Below the pieces are notes generated by a model. The model was not told the DNA's origin and ran no database searches. It saw nothing but the letters and a program-made list of their open reading frames with translations. The position numbers and the translations under genes were made by a program. A stretch of 64,000 bases of DNA, taken from assembly GCF_009914755.1 (NCBI RefSeq), contig NC_060928.1; one strand, given 5' to 3'. Below are positions 41,438-55,399 of this stretch, piece by piece (the first letter of the stretch is position 1; every line of letters starts with the position of its first letter). The DNA is from the human T2T-CHM13v2.0 reference genome, Homo sapiens.

Positions 41438-42076
41438 CACATTTTCAACTACTTTATGGAAACTCCCCCTGGAGAGCTCACCTCAAGCGCTCCAGGTCCC
41501 AAGCCAGCCTTCTTCTAGAATCTTCTCCCCATCCCTCCCATTCTTCAGAGGGAGTCTCAAAAAGATTTTCTTGGATATTGCTGCATGAAATGGTGAGCAT
41601 TGTACACAGCACATTATGCAAACCAACACATCAGAGGATGGCTGGTGTCATATCTGCTTGAAAGCTTTCAGCCCCAAACACTTTGGCATTCCTGCCATTT
41701 CTGCCAAAAACAACTTCGGAGAGAGGCTGGGGAAGGAGGCTAGGTGAGATCTGTTGGATTCCAGAGATTCAAGTCAGCACTGGTGTGACTGTGAGTTACC
41801 ACACAGAGCTGGGGTGCCCGAAGGAAGAGACCCTCTTTCTGCCGAGATGTGGTTTTATAAGGAAAGAGAGACATTCCCACTTCTGAGTGGCTTTAGGGGG
41901 TACAGACATGCCAATCTTCAGCACATCTTACCTACCGAAAAATTTCCATCTTTTGCTGTCAAAACAAGTCATATCTTAAAGACCACACACACAGAGAAAG
42001 TTGGCTTCTCTACTTCATATCCAGAAAGTTCTCAGGGAGAAAATATGTAGCACTAAGGTGAATAGAAGTCAATGTA

Positions 42077-42426
<350 letters not shown>

Positions 42427-43779
42427 CTATTTACATATTTCTTTTTACTGTGTTCTTAAAACATCCCCTCAGCATATGACTATGATCGGAGGCTGAGTGC
42501 AATGGAAGTGTTCACTTCTAGAACTTTCTCTCTGTAAGGACAGGAAGAAGATATATATGTGGAATGGACTGATGGATATTGTTCATTGTCAAGTTTGGCC
42601 TACATCCAGAGACCATAAATGTCACTCTTCTATCACTGAGTGAAGAAAATCATGCACTTCAGAGGCAGAAAGGGCTTGGGACCTCCAGGCCAGGGATTCC
42701 CATTATAGGCTCTGCCATTTAATAACTTCATAACCCTGGGAAGGTTCCTCGGCTTCTCTCAGCCTCACTTTCCTCATCTAGAAAATGAAGGTGAGACTCC
42801 TACCAGATGGAGTTGTGGGGGATTCACGAGACAATGGAGCAAAACCACTGGCACACAGTGGGTGATCCATAATGGTGGCTCCTGGCCACTTGTACTACAG
42901 ACACAAATAAACAAAACCAAAAACCTTCCACAGTTAGAGAGTTTTCACTGGGAATTTTGACTTCCCTCTACAATTCAGTCTCCTGCTGTGGACTTTAAGT
43001 GGTCAGTGGTGTTGAACAACTATTATCTAACTATTGGCATAGTATTAAGAGATTCAGAGATATTGACCAATGTCAGTGTTTCAGGACCCTTAATAATGGG
43101 TGGGTTTCATGATTCCATTGTCAAGATGAGCTCATTTCTGCTCAGAAGATTAAATAATTGGCCCTGAGACTGGTTATCTATCAGCAGAAGCAAACTTTGT
43201 GCTGAGATCCAGGTCACTCTTCCATGGTAGAGGCAAAACTCCTTCCAGTTCTGCCAGTGACCAGAGGCCAGGAGTGAACTCAAACCAGCAACTGCGGGCC
43301 TGGAGGAGTTTAAGGAGGTTTTGGGTCTGTTCTCCAATGTTCTTGCCAACCCATAACAAACCTGATGACTGTTGAGTGACTCCTGGAGGAGATTATTATT
43401 CTTTTTCTATCTCAGGGCTATGTTACATATGTGGAGGAGGGGGCCACAGGGCTGAGAACCTGTGTAGACCTTAAGGGAAAATATCCTTTCTTTGCTGTGG
43501 CTTGAAGGAGCTTGGGGAGGGTCTGGAATGTTGCTTCAGTGCTCTTGGAGTTGGTGGTAAGGTTCACAGGTCAGGCCCCAGGCCCCATCCTACAATGACC
43601 CCACCCTCTTGGACATTTCTCTAACATGCCAAGCATGATCCCTGTCATGGGAATGGAAGTGCCATGAAGACAGGGATTTCTTTTTTCTCTTTCCTTCATT
43701 GCTATTTCTCACCTATGGTAGAGTTCCTGGCAAAAAGAAGGGACAAATAGGATTGAATAAATAGATTAACCATGATTTC

Positions 43780-44142
43780 AGGGCATATGTTCTGACTGGT
43801 CCCTCTGTTTGGAACATGCTTACCCAGGAGAGTTCCCTGGCTAAAAAGAGATTCCTCTTTTTAGGTCTAAGCTCAAAAGTAACCACCACAGAGAGGCTTT
43901 TCCTCTCCACCCCATCTAAAGCTCATTACCCTCGATCACTTTATCCCCTTCCCTTGCTTTAATAGTCTTCTCTATCGTGTATCATGTATCATGAGCTCAT
44001 CATCACTTTTCCCACTGTTCCATGAGGGCAGAACACTCGTCTCTTGTACATCCATTGCTGTATCTCTGGCACCTGGAACACAACCTGGAGTGAGTCAGTG
44101 CTCTGTAAGTTATGTGTTGAGTGAGTGAGTGAATGAATAAAT
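43780..44142. mobile_element. L2 3' fragment
   Basis: ccatgagggcaga...tgtatctctggcacctggaacacaacctgg...tgagtgaatgaataaat. Confidence 0.65.
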
Positions 44143-45280
44143 CCACTATCCATGGGAAAACTTGGAACAGTGCTTGCTCATAGCAGGTAAGAGATAAGTG
44201 CTCTTTTTATTGATGATCATGATGACATCCAAATGTCACTCTGAGGCTGTGGCACTGTGGATTGGCCTCTGACGTCCTCAGTGTGCATCCCAGTAGGTTG
44301 GTGAATGTAAAAGGCTTTCCTTCCCCCCCACCTGCCATTCCTCCCTGCCACCATCAGACATGCTAAAGAACAGTGCTTTCGTCAGCTTCTGCTCCTCCTT
44401 TCCCTGGTTGTGGAATTGTGACAAGGCATTGGAGACAGTTCATCCTCTCTCCCCCACTCTTAAAATACAACTTTCAGATCCTTCATACTAACATATAAAT
44501 GAATAATGGCAGTCTCATCGCTGCATCCCATCCGATCCCAGACACCTGACCTCTCCCAGAATCTGAAACTTCCCATCTATTCACTTTCATTCATGTTATC
44601 AAATGCCTAAAGTGCCTCCACTTTGCCCCATTTTATTCCCACAGATACTCTTTCCAAAATCCAGCTCCACTATTCCCTCCCCTGTTACACTCAAGCCCAG
44701 ATCTTACAGCAGTTTCTGCCTTCTCTCTCTGGTTTTCCTTGTAGCCCTCTCCCCCTTCCTTTATAGCCCTTATCTTGGGCCACTGTACTTAACTAGGCCT
44801 TTCTTCTCCAAGAATGAAGAATGAAGGAATGAAACTCATTTCTTCTCCAGAATTGAGCTTTGCAAGGCCGGGGTCTTTCGGGTGGGGGAGGGAATGGGCA
44901 GCTCTGACATGAATCAGTAGCGGAGGTTCCTCAACCCTGTAGACTCAGCTGTCAGAGCTCCTGGGTTCCAATCCTACCGGCCCTCTTACCATCTATGAGT
45001 CCCTGACAAATGATTTAATCACATTATATACCAGGTGTCCCACCTGAAAACAGGGATCCTAGTTATTATACTTCAATAAACACCAAACACCACTGACCAA
45101 TGGATACAATTATAAAGAAGGATTCCAGAAAGAGATAACTTGCGAAGGGTGGGGAACTGGAAGTTCCTGTTTAGATTGTTTTTCCATTGATATATGGGGA
45201 CTACTTAATGAGTTTATTTGGGACCAGACACAGAGAAAACCAAGCAATGTTTGAATGTATTTCTGAAAAACACCCAGAGT

Positions 45281-45286
45281 TTTATT
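45281..45286 (-). terminator. FGFBP1: FGFBP1 polyadenylation signal AATAAA
   Basis: tttatt on + strand 320 nt past the stop, followed on the minus strand by GT/T-rich sequence; second AATAAA at 45213-45218. Confidence 0.85.
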
Positions 45287-45608
45287 ACCATTAATTCAGC
45301 AGAAAGTTCGTTGCACTGAAATTATCACTCTGGCTCATTCAGCTCAAAGACTCTTCGCTGCTCAAACACATAGCTGTGTGGGCCATGGAAATACATGCTG
45401 CAGGAAACAGCCTCTGAACATCGCATCCAAGAAAAATAAGGCAAATTCCAAAACACAAAAGCAAAAAATACAAAACTTGTTTAAATATTTCGTTGCACTC
45501 ACTAAGCACAAAAGTTCATATTTTGGGGGGACTGTAGAGAGCTTTAAAGTATACAGAGGGACTTACGACATGACATCTCTTAAGGGAACCCGTTCTCTTT
45601 TGACCTCA

Positions 45609-46388
<780 letters not shown>

Positions 46389-47931
46389 CTACACGCTGGC
46401 CTCCCCCTACCCTGACAGGTGCCTACATGATTTCAGAGTAGACCAAGAACGCTTCTGGCTCCTGGAGTCACTAGACAAACAGCCTGTCTACTCACATTTC
46501 CACTTGACTTGAGTCTTGAGTGTCACAAAAGTACCACTCTTTGGAGCCTCACGAACTCTCATTTATCATTTATTCACTCATTAACTCCTGCATCTGCTCA
46601 CTCCTCACTCTTTCATTCACTCATTCAACAAGCATTTACTGAGCACCTACTATATGCCCCCCACCAGACTAGGTGTTGAAGAAATCACCATGATTGAGAA
46701 AGCCTCAGATTTGAAAGAGCTTAGAGACCACTCTTTGGGAGAATTTAAATAGCATTGATCAGGGAATCTATCCCGTCATCTCTGTTTCTGATATGAAACA
46801 AGTTACTGCTCCAAACTTTCAGCTCCAAAGGGCTGGATTTCTATCTCATGACTCCATATGGACACAGATGCCCAAAATGAGAAAAGACATGACAGATGCC
46901 CAAAATGAGAAAGGATGTGGTAAGCATCATGAAAGGTGATGTTGACCCAGAGTTGAACATGCCTGGGGTTTGGGTGGGGTGGGTGGGGTTGTGGGGGTGG
47001 GGGAGCTTTTTGTGGGGAAGTAAGAGTTTAAGGAAAGGTGTGAGGTGGGGTGGTTGTCTGATTTGCCTGGGCAAAGTGAATCAGGGTGGAGAGAGGTGAA
47101 TTTCAACCAGATAGTTCACACTACAAGATCGAAGACAAGGATCATGAGAAATCATTGAATCAATAGGATGAACACCAACGTCACACTGAACTGCATGAAT
47201 CTGATCATGTGTACAATAAAAACCCATGCTTAACAGAAGAAGAGAAGTCAGTTTCTATATGACACCTCCTGTGTGCTAAGTACTGGTCTAGGGTTTGATT
47301 CCCACCTTGTGAAATCCACACAAGAGCTCTTCCAGGTAGCTATTAATATGTCATCCCAGGTGACAGCTCTGACTCTTAAGGCTCAGACAGGTAAGTAAAT
47401 TGCTCAGGATCTCATAGTGGGCAAGTTCAAAGCTGGTATGGGTAGCCAGATCAATCTCCTTATTCCTTTCTGTCACCCCTGGTTGATCACTTTTTGCTTT
47501 TCACATTTACTCTGCCCTTTAAAAACATTGCCAAAGAATAAGAAAAACAACTATGAACAATGACAATTTAGTTTCATATAACACATAATGATAAGATGAT
47601 TTGTATTATTTGTGCTCCATTTAAAACAAAACACAGAATTTTTTATAAAAAGAGGCAGACCCAGGAAATGGTCCTGATCTGATTTCTACCCTAGAAGTTG
47701 GCCATCTTCTAGGGTTAAGAAGGAGAAAGACAATCACAAAAGGGCAGAGAACAGCAATAAATGGTGAAGAGGAGACTGGATATGCCAGAAAAACACCCAG
47801 TCATTTCTCACGGCCCTGGGGCTCAGCCCCCACCTGCCCATGATGGAATGCAGGCCCAAGGAACTCCAGGCCCTTGGTGGAGTGAGAAGTGGCAGCAGGT
47901 AATAAAGCTGTTAAAGGAGCGAGGCTCTTAC

Positions 47932-48030
47932 CTTGTTCTGAGCACACGGATCCAGTGCAATCCCAGGCAGTGCGAGTGAATTGCAGGCTGCAGCTGTGTC
48001 AGGTAGAGTGCAAGGGGGGTAGACTATTCA
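47932..48030 (-). other. FGFBP1: FGFBP1 non-coding 5' exon (TSS approximate)
   Basis: Donor CAGAACAAG|gtaaga at 47932/47931; splicing to 46333 removes a 1598-nt intron; begins ~25-30 nt downstream of TATAAAA. Confidence 0.85.
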
Positions 48031-48051
48031 ACAGGAGCCAGGCTGACTGGG

Positions 48052-48121
48052 TTTTTATAACACTCACTGGGTTTTTACAACACTGTGGCACGTTACTCAC
48101 AGCTCCTCCCAGCCACGCCCC
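48052..48121 (-). promoter_or_regulatory. FGFBP1: FGFBP1 core promoter: Sp1 box, AP-1-like site, E-box-like site, C/EBP-like site, TATA
   Basis: Minus strand: GGGGCGTGG (48121-48113), TGAGTAA (48099-48093), AACGTG (48094-48089), TTGTAAAAA (48080-48072), TATAAAAA (48059-48052); order matches the FGF-BP promoter architecture as I recall it. Confidence 0.85.
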
Positions 48122-50114
48122 TCCGAGGGAGCCGGTTCCTGCAGGGAAAGTGCTGGATGTAATCCAGTGAAAAGGGGGGTTACCTGCATGCCATCAAACG
48201 CTTCCTCTAGGCCCTTCCCTGTCCACCCTGTGGCCAGGATAGGAGGACAACTCAGCCTCACAGTGACCCTCCTTGATGGGGAGAGGACCCCAGCAGTGAT
48301 GTCTATGGAGGAGTAAAATAACTATAATGACATGATCCGAGCTGCCAAACTACTGAGCCCATTTTACCTGAGTTCTCCTTTTCCCTCATCACATCCGCTC
48401 TAGTAGGGAGTGCAATGATTCCTCCCCTTTTACAAAAGCAGGAATTGGTTCTGGAGATATGTAAGAGCTTGTCCAAGTTCACAGAGGCAGGAAAAGGAAC
48501 ATCTCAAAATTAAAAGTGAGATTCTCTACATCCATGGTCTGATCTCTTCCTGCCTGCCACTCTCAATAAATCTTTGTTGAATGGGTGACTGAAGTTGCCG
48601 AAGTTTTCGTAGTGTCTGAGTTCCTTTTTCCATCTGAAGTTACTACATAAGCAGAGGATACCCTAATTCTAGAGGCAGGGAAATTTACATTAAAAATTCC
48701 CTCTTTTTTATCAGGGAATTCTACCAGGCTCTGAGAGGCTGGTAAAGAGGGAATTTTTAATATAAGATTACTGTTGTAAATACTTACCTTCAGGTCTCAT
48801 TCAGAGAGCTCAGGCTGCCCTGCCTGCTACAGGCACAGTCCCACACCAGAATGACCCAGGTGGAATCCTGGCCACAGCATGTGTTTAGCTGAGTGCTATG
48901 CCCAAACCACTTAGCCTCTCCCATCATCCATTTGCAGTGTGCTGACAATAACAACGTCTCCTTTATAGCTGCATACTAAATTTTTACTGGGCTAAGCTGT
49001 TAACATAAAGTGGAGCAGAATCGTTTTGCCTCATGACAGGGTCTTAAGTTGTATACTTTGAAAACAGACATTTGTTATTTACATATGCAGCATTTAAAAA
49101 GAAACTCACTTCTACAGGGAAGATGTGGCCCTCATTATATATTATCACCTCACCTTTCATAGATTTTCAGAAGAAGAAATTGTTCACTTTTCCTTAATTC
49201 AGCCATAAGAAAACTATTGTTTAGTGTGATATTAAATGGCAACTGACTTTTGGGTTTGAGATAAGGCAATAGGGAGTGATGGGGACTGTGGCAAACTAGA
49301 GAGTCTCTGCCTCCATAGAGGTCAACACTCATCTCCAATTGACTGAGAAAATGCAGGGATTAGGCTCAGTATTGTCACACTGTCTGATTTTTAAAATGAC
49401 ATCCCCAAATCCAGATGTGTTTATATGAAATTGGTTGGCAGCTAATTAAAATTTTCTAAAAATAAAGCTGTAGCTCAACACTATGCAGGCCAAAACTTGT
49501 AACTGTGTTTGGATTTTATGAACGATCCACCTGTTTGAGAATTCCGTGGTCATAGCTATAGATGTTGACCAATTTACTCAGAGGCTCAGTCTCTGCATGA
49601 ATCTGTTGGAAGAAGCCATTTCTGAAGCTGTGTGCCTCTCTCCTAAAATTGCCTCACCCAGGGGTCCGTCCTCACTATCCTCACAAACACCCCGCTGAGG
49701 CCCTGACCTCCACGAACAGGCTCTCTCATGCGGTATTTTGGAGGATTATTTGGACATAGGCAAGGCAAAGCTGCTTTGCTCAACAAGGGGAGTCTCCTAC
49801 AAAATGGAAAATTCTACTTGATCCTTGGGAGGCAGGCAGATTCTTTCTGGAGGCAGATTGCAGTTGGAACACAAAACATATTTACAAGGAAACATGTGGA
49901 CTCCGGGGTCTTTCTGGGAAGTGCTTCTCTGAGCTTTGCCAGGTAACACTGCACATTCCCCACTGGCTCCTTGTGGCCCTTCCCCTTCCTGTGACTCCCA
50001 TCCCAGCGTCTGCTTTGCTCTTTCCCTTCTAGACTCAGCAGCACAGCATCAGAGCAGGCTGTGGGGCAGTCACCTCCTTGGCTCATCCTGCCCTTCCAAC
50101 CTCATTTCCAGGTA

Positions 50115-50363
50115 CTCACACGCAGACACATAAATACACATACACACTGACACACATACAAAGACACACACAAACACACACTGACACACTCAAACACACA
50201 CAAACACACTCAAAGACACCACACTCATAGACACACAGAGACACACACATACTGACACCTAGACACATTCACACACATACTCATAGGCACACACACACAG
50301 AATCACACACAGTGACACTGACACACACACAGAGACAGACACACACACACATGCACACACACA
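50115..50363. repeat. Degenerate (CA)n tract
   Basis: Seen directly; ~250 bp. Confidence 0.95.
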
Positions 50364-51079
50364 CTGCAATCTGGCCACACTGAAACCCTGTCCCACCATT
50401 TGCAGATACTCCATGCATGCGCCCACTTCCTGCCTTTGCCTCTGCTGTTCCCTGCACTTGGGATCCCCTTCCCTTCCTTCTCTGCCTGGCACACACCGCC
50501 TCATCCTTCAAGGCCAGGCTCCAATGCGAGCCCCTCTCTGTTGGTGTCATTGGCTCCTGACGCCCTGCATGCCACCCACATCTTTAAGAATGTCCACGGG
50601 GAGAAATGGCACACTTCCTCCAATGAGCTTACAGCGTGCCAGGCACTGTGCTAAGGCTGTTTCCCAAGCTTTCTTCGTATCTCCATGAACTAAGGAAACG
50701 ATGTCCTTTTCCAGTGGCTCTGGGGAGACTGCAGAGGACATGGAGCCCCAGCCACGCAGTGCATAGCAGGTTCCAGTAACTTCAGGCCCCTCCACCTCCC
50801 CATGCTCCCAGCACTGAGGGGCTCTGTAATTCTTGGGGATGAGTACATAAAGGCCCATTTCACAAGAACCCCAGGAGGAAAGTCGGCCCGGGTCCTCATG
50901 GGACAGATGTGGAGGCAAGGCTTAGGGGGACTAAGCACAGTGTCTGACACACAATTAGAGAAGAATTATCTGGAGGCCGCTGCTATCATTCTAAACACAA
51001 ATGAGGCAGTGTACGCATACACTGATAAATTGTGGAATTCTCCTCTCTTTGCCCCTTCATACCTTCCCTTTAAATTTTT

Positions 51080-52250
51080 TTTTAAAGTTTTAGAATAATT
51101 TTAGGTTTACAGAGAATTGCAAAGATAGTTATCATTCCAATTCTCACCTGGGTTCCCTATTTACCTGTTACATTACTATGGTACGTTTGTCACAACTAAC
51201 AAACATTGATACATTATTGTCAATTGAAGTCCATACTTTATTCAGACTTGCTTAGGATTTACCTGTTGTTCTAGTTTTTATTATTATTATTATTATTATT
51301 GACAGACTTTATTTTTTAGAGTAGTTTTATGCTCATAGCACAATTGAGTGGAAAGTATCAAAAGTCCCATATACCCCTCCCCACACGCAGGCACAGTCTC
51401 CCCTACCTTCAACATCATGAACCAGGGTAGTACATTTGCTGTAAGTAATAAACCTACATTAGCATGTCATTATCACCCAATGTCCATCATTTCCATTAGG
51501 TTCACTCTAAGTGCTGTACATTCTTTGGGTTTTGAGAAATGTGTAATGACATGCATAATATCAATTAACTAAGAAAGGTATAATGACGGTACCCACCACT
51601 ATGGTATCATACAGAATAGTTTAGCTGCCCTAAAAATTCTCTGTGTTCTGCCTACTTACCACTCCATCCCCTACAACCCCAGGCAATGCTCATCCTTTTG
51701 CTGTCTCCTCAGTTTTATCTTTTTAAGAATTTCAAATAGTTGGAATCACACAATATGTAACCTTTTATATTGACTTTTTTACCTAGTAATATGCACTTAA
51801 GGTTTCTCTATGTTTTTCATAACTTGATAGCACATTTCTCTTAAGTGCTGATAAAATTCCAAAGATTGGATATATCCAAGTCCCTTTATTCATTCACCTA
51901 CTACTAAAATTCCATTGATTGGATGTACCCGAGTTCATTTGTTCATTCATCTAGGACATTTTGGATGCCTCTAAATTTTGACAGTGATGAATAGAGCTGC
52001 TATAAACATGCATGTGCAGGTTTGGTGTAGAATTAAATTTTCAGCTCCTAATGTTCTTTTTCTGTCCAGGATCCCAACATGACACCAGGTTGCATTTAGT
52101 GATCGTGACTTTTTGGGTTCTTCTTGGCTATGGCTGTTTCTCAGATGTTGCTTGTTTTTGATGACTATGGCAGTTTGCAGAAGAATTGGTTAGGTGTTTT
52201 GAGAATGTCCTTAATTTGGAAATTGTCTGGCATGTTCTGGTTAGATTGGG
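51080..52250 (-). mobile_element. Nested L1M 3' fragments (L1MB/L1MA-type)
   Basis: ttttaggtttacagagaattgcaaagatagt; inner copy 51300-52030 with T-rich tail and L1 3'UTR motifs. Confidence 0.7.
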
Positions 52251-52781
52251 ATCATGTTATTCTTCTCATGATCACACAAAACTTAAATGATGAATACTTT
52301 CTTTGGGATTGTGAAAGGAAGTCTGAACACAATTGGTAAAAACACACTGGCTAAGGCTGGTAATTGAATGCATGTCTGGTCACCAGCTGGGGATTTGAAG
52401 TTCAAAAGCTGATTTTACTCTCATGCCTGTTACTACCACATAGCTTCTTGACCTAGAGGCCTGGCCCTACTTATGCAGTCACCAGAGATTATTCATATAA
52501 TGGGTGCAATTTGGTTCTGAGGTAAGTCTTAACTGTGCCAAACTTATTGCCAGGCCAAAGTTGTCAAAAATCAACCCTTCCTTCAAACGTTACTTTACAA
52601 ACAGACATTGCAAATGCTGAGCTGCTGCACTAAAGCAATATTAATTTGTTGGGCAAATAATGTGCATTAAAATACATTTATTATCAGAAAATAAGGAAAT
52701 TGGGCTAAGCAAACATCAGTAAAATCTAATTCATCTGGCAAAAAGCATTAATCTTAGACCTACTCAAGAATATTTGCATTC

Positions 52782-53034
52782 TGGGAGGCCAGGGCAGGCG
52801 GATCATGAGGTCAGGAGATCGAGACCATCCTGGCTAACATGGTGAAACCCTGTCTCTACTAAAAACACACACACACACACAAAAATTAGCTAGGCATGGT
52901 GGCGGGTGCCTGTAGTCCCAGCTACTCAGGAGGCCGAGGCAGGAGAATGGCGTGAACCCAGGAGGCGGAGCTTGCAGTGAGCCGAGATGTGCCACTGCAC
53001 TCCAGCCTGGGCAACAAAGTGAGACAAAAAAAAA
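52782..53034 (+). mobile_element. AluY, 5'-truncated, with perfect 16-bp TSD
   Basis: AluY-type gagatcgagaccatcctggctaac, aatggcgtgaacc, gcggagcttgcag; TSD aagaatatttgcattc (52766-81, 53035-50). Confidence 0.95.
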
Positions 53035-53244
53035 AAGAATATTTGCATTCCAAATTTAAAGTGCTCATTCATCATGAGATTTCAGGATTCCTGTTCAGGA
53101 CAATGAAAGTTTTATTTCTTTAGAAAATGAAGAGATAGCAGAGTGTGGATTCTATAGTATTGGGTATGATTGCAAGGTGAAAACCTATTAAGTTTATTTA
53201 CTTTAGAAAGAATGTTGTTATTAACCACATAATATTAACACATT

Positions 53245-54110
<866 letters not shown>

Positions 54111-55399
54111 CAACATGTTTTTAGAAACAATGTTTAATGGTTGGTTCTGATTCTCAACACATTTGAAACCTAACTCCAATTTTTGTGTTAGGTTAAATCA
54201 TACGAAACTACTATTTGTAGTATGTCAAAAATGCTAGAATATCAGCCATTTGAATGAAACCACTTAATAATAATAGGTATTTTTTCTCAAGTAATAGGGC
54301 TATTTCAAAGCCTTTTACAGTGTTTTCTTTTTGTAAAAGTTTTTTTTTTTTAGCTCTTCTATAATCAATTGCCCCTACAAATCAAGTTTTTTGATCACTT
54401 CTTTGCTTTTTGGATCTTTGTTTTTAAGTAAATCATTCTTAAACAGTCAAACACCCTTTAAAGAGGTCTGTGTCTTTTGGACAACATTTTTCAAGGTACC
54501 CCCACATACATGCACTTAAGAAAGCACTCACATATACACACCCATTCCCACACACATGCTCACACATCACAAAACCCCACACAAGTACACATTTCTGTAT
54601 GCCACCTCTACCTCCCTTCCTATCTTGGAGAAAAAGAAGGACCTAGAGAGTCTCCCTTTTGGATTTTCAGCCTCTAGCCCATGTGTGCTACAAAGAGCAA
54701 CAGTTGCTCCCTTTGAAAGCTGAAAAAGGGAGAAGGTAAGCTGCCCTTTCTTGGTGTTAAGGCTGAGAGTCACGAGGCACATTGGCTTATGACCACATCC
54801 CTTTCTTCACATGAAGAGATGACAATATTTAGAAAAATCAAACCAGAAAAGCACCTCTGAAAAGACCTGTAAGGGCATTCAGCGCTGAAGGATACCAAAT
54901 TTGATTCCAAATTTGGAATCAAATGGGTGAGTATCTTCAGAGGGTCCTAATGCTCAGGGGCCCAACAGTGAATGTCAACCCGTGATGGACTGTTCAAGGA
55001 GGACCTCACCTCACAGAAAGATACCCTTCTGTGCTGAATGCCCTTACACAAAGAGCAAAAGGACTCACACATGTGGCATGCTGCTTAGGAGAAGACAAGA
55101 ATGAGCAGGGGAATGAGACTCTGCAAGGCTGGACCCTAATGCGACCTCATTTCTACTACCACTCAGTCATTTTTTCATTCATCCTAAAAGCACGCATGAA
55201 GCACCTACTATGTCCAGGCCCTCAGTGTTAATGATTGCCTGGAAGTGCAGTCAAGAAAAATGGTCCTTACCCTTGAGGAGTTAGCAGACAATAGGGGAAA
55301 CGTCAAGGATATCAGTCATGACCACACAGAGGTTAATGACTATGTTGGAGGGAAAGCTGTGGTGCTTTGAGTTGGGACATCTAGCCTACCAGAGGCAGA

